Positions 55,549 to 57,208 of a stretch of 57,208 nt of DNA are shown here, piece by piece. The DNA comes from a virus. Lineage: Duplodnaviria; Caudoviricetes. The notes beneath the pieces were generated by a model. The model saw only the letters and a list, made by a program, of their open reading frames with translations, was not told the DNA's origin and searched no databases. The first letter of the stretch is position 1, and each line of letters begins with the position of its first letter. The position numbers and the translations under genes were made by a program. The stretch lies in the IMG/VR virus record IMGVR_UViG_3300045996_001423, positions 1 through 57,208 of that record; one strand, given 5' to 3'.

Positions 55549-57208
55549 TTCGTTGACACCGTCAGGCTGGTGAGACTGAGGTTGATATAGCCCGCCGCAT
55601 CCGCAGTCTCACCGGAATCATCGCCGCTGAAGACCGGCGTGGCCCAAGCGTCGGTATCGTACACCTTTACGCTACACGTACTGGCGTGATCCAGATAGCG
55701 GATCGTGGCCGTTGTGCTACCGACCGCCGTCACGCTGCGGTGGCTTCGCTTCGAAAACGGCTCGATACCAGCAATCACGTCCGCGCCATCACGACCAGTA
55801 AACGACTCGATCATATCCATGTTTGCCCCAGCGTCTCTCCCCGTAGTGGCAACCCAATTTTTGTACGTCGTTGCAGGGGCGAGCCGAAAGTCGCGCCCGG
55901 ATACGCTTGTGAACCCGATCAGAGTTGATTCAGCAGCATCGTCGGCGGCTGTGTTATTGGCCGTCAAGAGTGCGTTGTTTGTTGCCCCGTTCGCTGCCTC
56001 GAAATTACCCGTCTGACTGGTGCCCGAAGGATTTTGCAGGATGTTATAGGACAGTGTACAACCGGGCGTACATTTACCATTAAGTACCACGCCGTCCCAT
56101 GACGTTGCTCCGCTGGTCGCTCCAATTCCAGGGAACTGCGTGCTTCCGTTGCGGGCCGTGACGATATTGCCGAGAATCGAAAATCTCACCGATGGCTGCG
56201 AATACGTCCCGTTGCGGGCAGCATAATTCCCGATCAGCATTGACCATGTGCCATTCGCGCGAAACGTATTGTGGTGAATTTTCATGCCGTCTACTCCCCC
56301 GACAACAATAGGTCGGTTGTACGACATGTGGGTCGGTCCACCCGGTACATCGCCACCCCAGTTGTAGTAGCCGAAGTCTTCGGCGTAGTTGTTCACCAGT
56401 GCGTGGTTCTTACCCCACCAGAACGGTACCTGTGACTCCGGACGACCTCCAGCCTGTCCGAAGCCTTGGGCGCTGAATACGGATATGCCGTCGCGAAAGT
56501 AATTGTTTTTCGTAATGACGTTCGATACATCGTTCCAATAGGAAATCGCAGCGTCTGACGATCCGCTGGACGGGTGCAGCGCAATATGGCTATTCGCCAC
56601 CGTCACGTACCACGCGCCGCGCCAAAAGTTGCCCTCCAGCGTCATATCACTGCCGTGCTTCACTTCCCAGTTGTGGCGCTGGTCTGTGGCCTTGTGTCGC
56701 GAGATAGTGCCGCTTGGCGTTCCAGAAGTGACCGTGCCTGAAGAGATTCGATACCCGTTATCCGATCCCCACGTGAGGGAGCCATTTGTGCATGAGTCGA
56801 ATGCGCTCGAACACGTTACCGCACCCTCCCCCAGATTGTGAACGAACACCGCAGTGCAGTCCGACTCGAAGTAGGCTCGCCACGATCCGGACGGCGTGCC
56901 CGTGACGGTTGCGGTCATGTCTTCCGTCACGGTGCATCGCTGAGATTCATCGTAAATATATGCGTGACACTGCTGACCCGGTGCTTCACCGGCCTGCGCC
57001 GCGCAATCAACGCCAGTATTCGCAAAACTGCGAAACCGTATAGTAGACCCTGAATACGACGCCTGAAGCGATGGCCGAGTAGCCAGCGTGCGGTGAAGGA
57101 AATTCCGCCTCGCTACGATGTTCCGGGGGACATAACCCTGCATCGGTATAGCGGTGCTGCCAATGAAAACCGACTCTCCCTGTCCGGACAGTTCGTTGTT
57201 CTCCAGCA
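55488..57208 (-). CDS. large right-handed beta-helix-like protein, 5'-truncated by the window
   Basis: Frame open to the window end; repeated IxxNxF motifs (LENNEL, ARRNFL, LEGNFW, TKNNYF, IHHNTF), DFRL.P, DAGA. Confidence 0.65.
   Translation of the reverse strand, partial: LENNELSGQGESVFIGSTAIPMQGYVPRNIVARRNFLHRTLATRPSLQASYSGSTIRFRSFANTGVDCAAQAGEAPGQQCHAYIYDESQRCTVTEDMTATVTGTPSGSWRAYFESDCTAVFVHNLGEGAVTCSSAFDSCTNGSLTWGSDNGYRISSGTVTSGTPSGTISRHKATDQRHNWEVKHGSDMTLEGNFWRGAWYVTVANSHIALHPSSGSSDAAISYWNDVSNVITKNNYFRDGISVFSAQGFGQAGGRPESQVPFWWGKNHALVNNYAEDFGYYNWGGDVPGGPTHMSYNRPIVVGGVDGMKIHHNTFRANGTWSMLIGNYAARNGTYSQPSVRFSILGNIVTARNGSTQFPGIGATSGATSWDGVVLNGKCTPGCTLSYNILQNPSGTSQTGNFEAANGATNNALLTANNTAADDAAESTLIGFTSVSGRDFRLAPATTYKNWVATTGRDAGANMDMIESFTGRDGADVIAGIEPFSKRSHRSVTAVGSTTATIRYLDHASTCSVKVYDTDAWATPVFSGDDSGETADAAGYINLSLTSLTVSTNHWVVRNCGTDTDVFRLRTQ

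Noticed and set aside
1-57208. tRNA genes, CRISPR arrays, integrase/att sites, terminase, DNA polymerase
   Set aside because: None recognised. Intergenic gaps are short and accounted for, and these genes may lie outside the window.

Overview
This window is about 57 kb of a tailed dsDNA phage (siphovirus-like; no integrase or terminase visible). It has two converging arms. The + arm (1-27629) carries replication, recombination and nucleotide genes: SF2 helicase, Pol-beta nucleotidyltransferase, primase-helicase, resolvase, RecA, a NARP1-like NAD+ rebuilding pair, class II RNR, glycosyltransferases, an epimerase, Nudix and ThyX. The - arm (57208-27626) carries morphogenesis genes (GT2, portal, scaffold, capsid, neck, tail tube, chaperones, tape measure, a 1938-aa tail protein, fibre), followed by nucleotide, methylase and lysis genes. 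Features the ORF track hides: (1) a 195-nt group I intron splitting the catalytic Cys codon of nrdJ; (2) a C5-methyltransferase locus coding in two frames along its whole length, with one extra G breaking both; (3) five TTGACA-N18-TAnnnT promoters with palindromic spacers, three of them firing directly into a terminator (candidate small RNAs or attenuators); (4) an HNH-carrying intein in ThyX; (5) a -1 frameshift in the tail chaperone; (6) a phage-borne PEP-CTERM protein next to a portal-coupled glycosyltransferase. All calls come from motif recognition by eye. No database searches or folding calculations were run.
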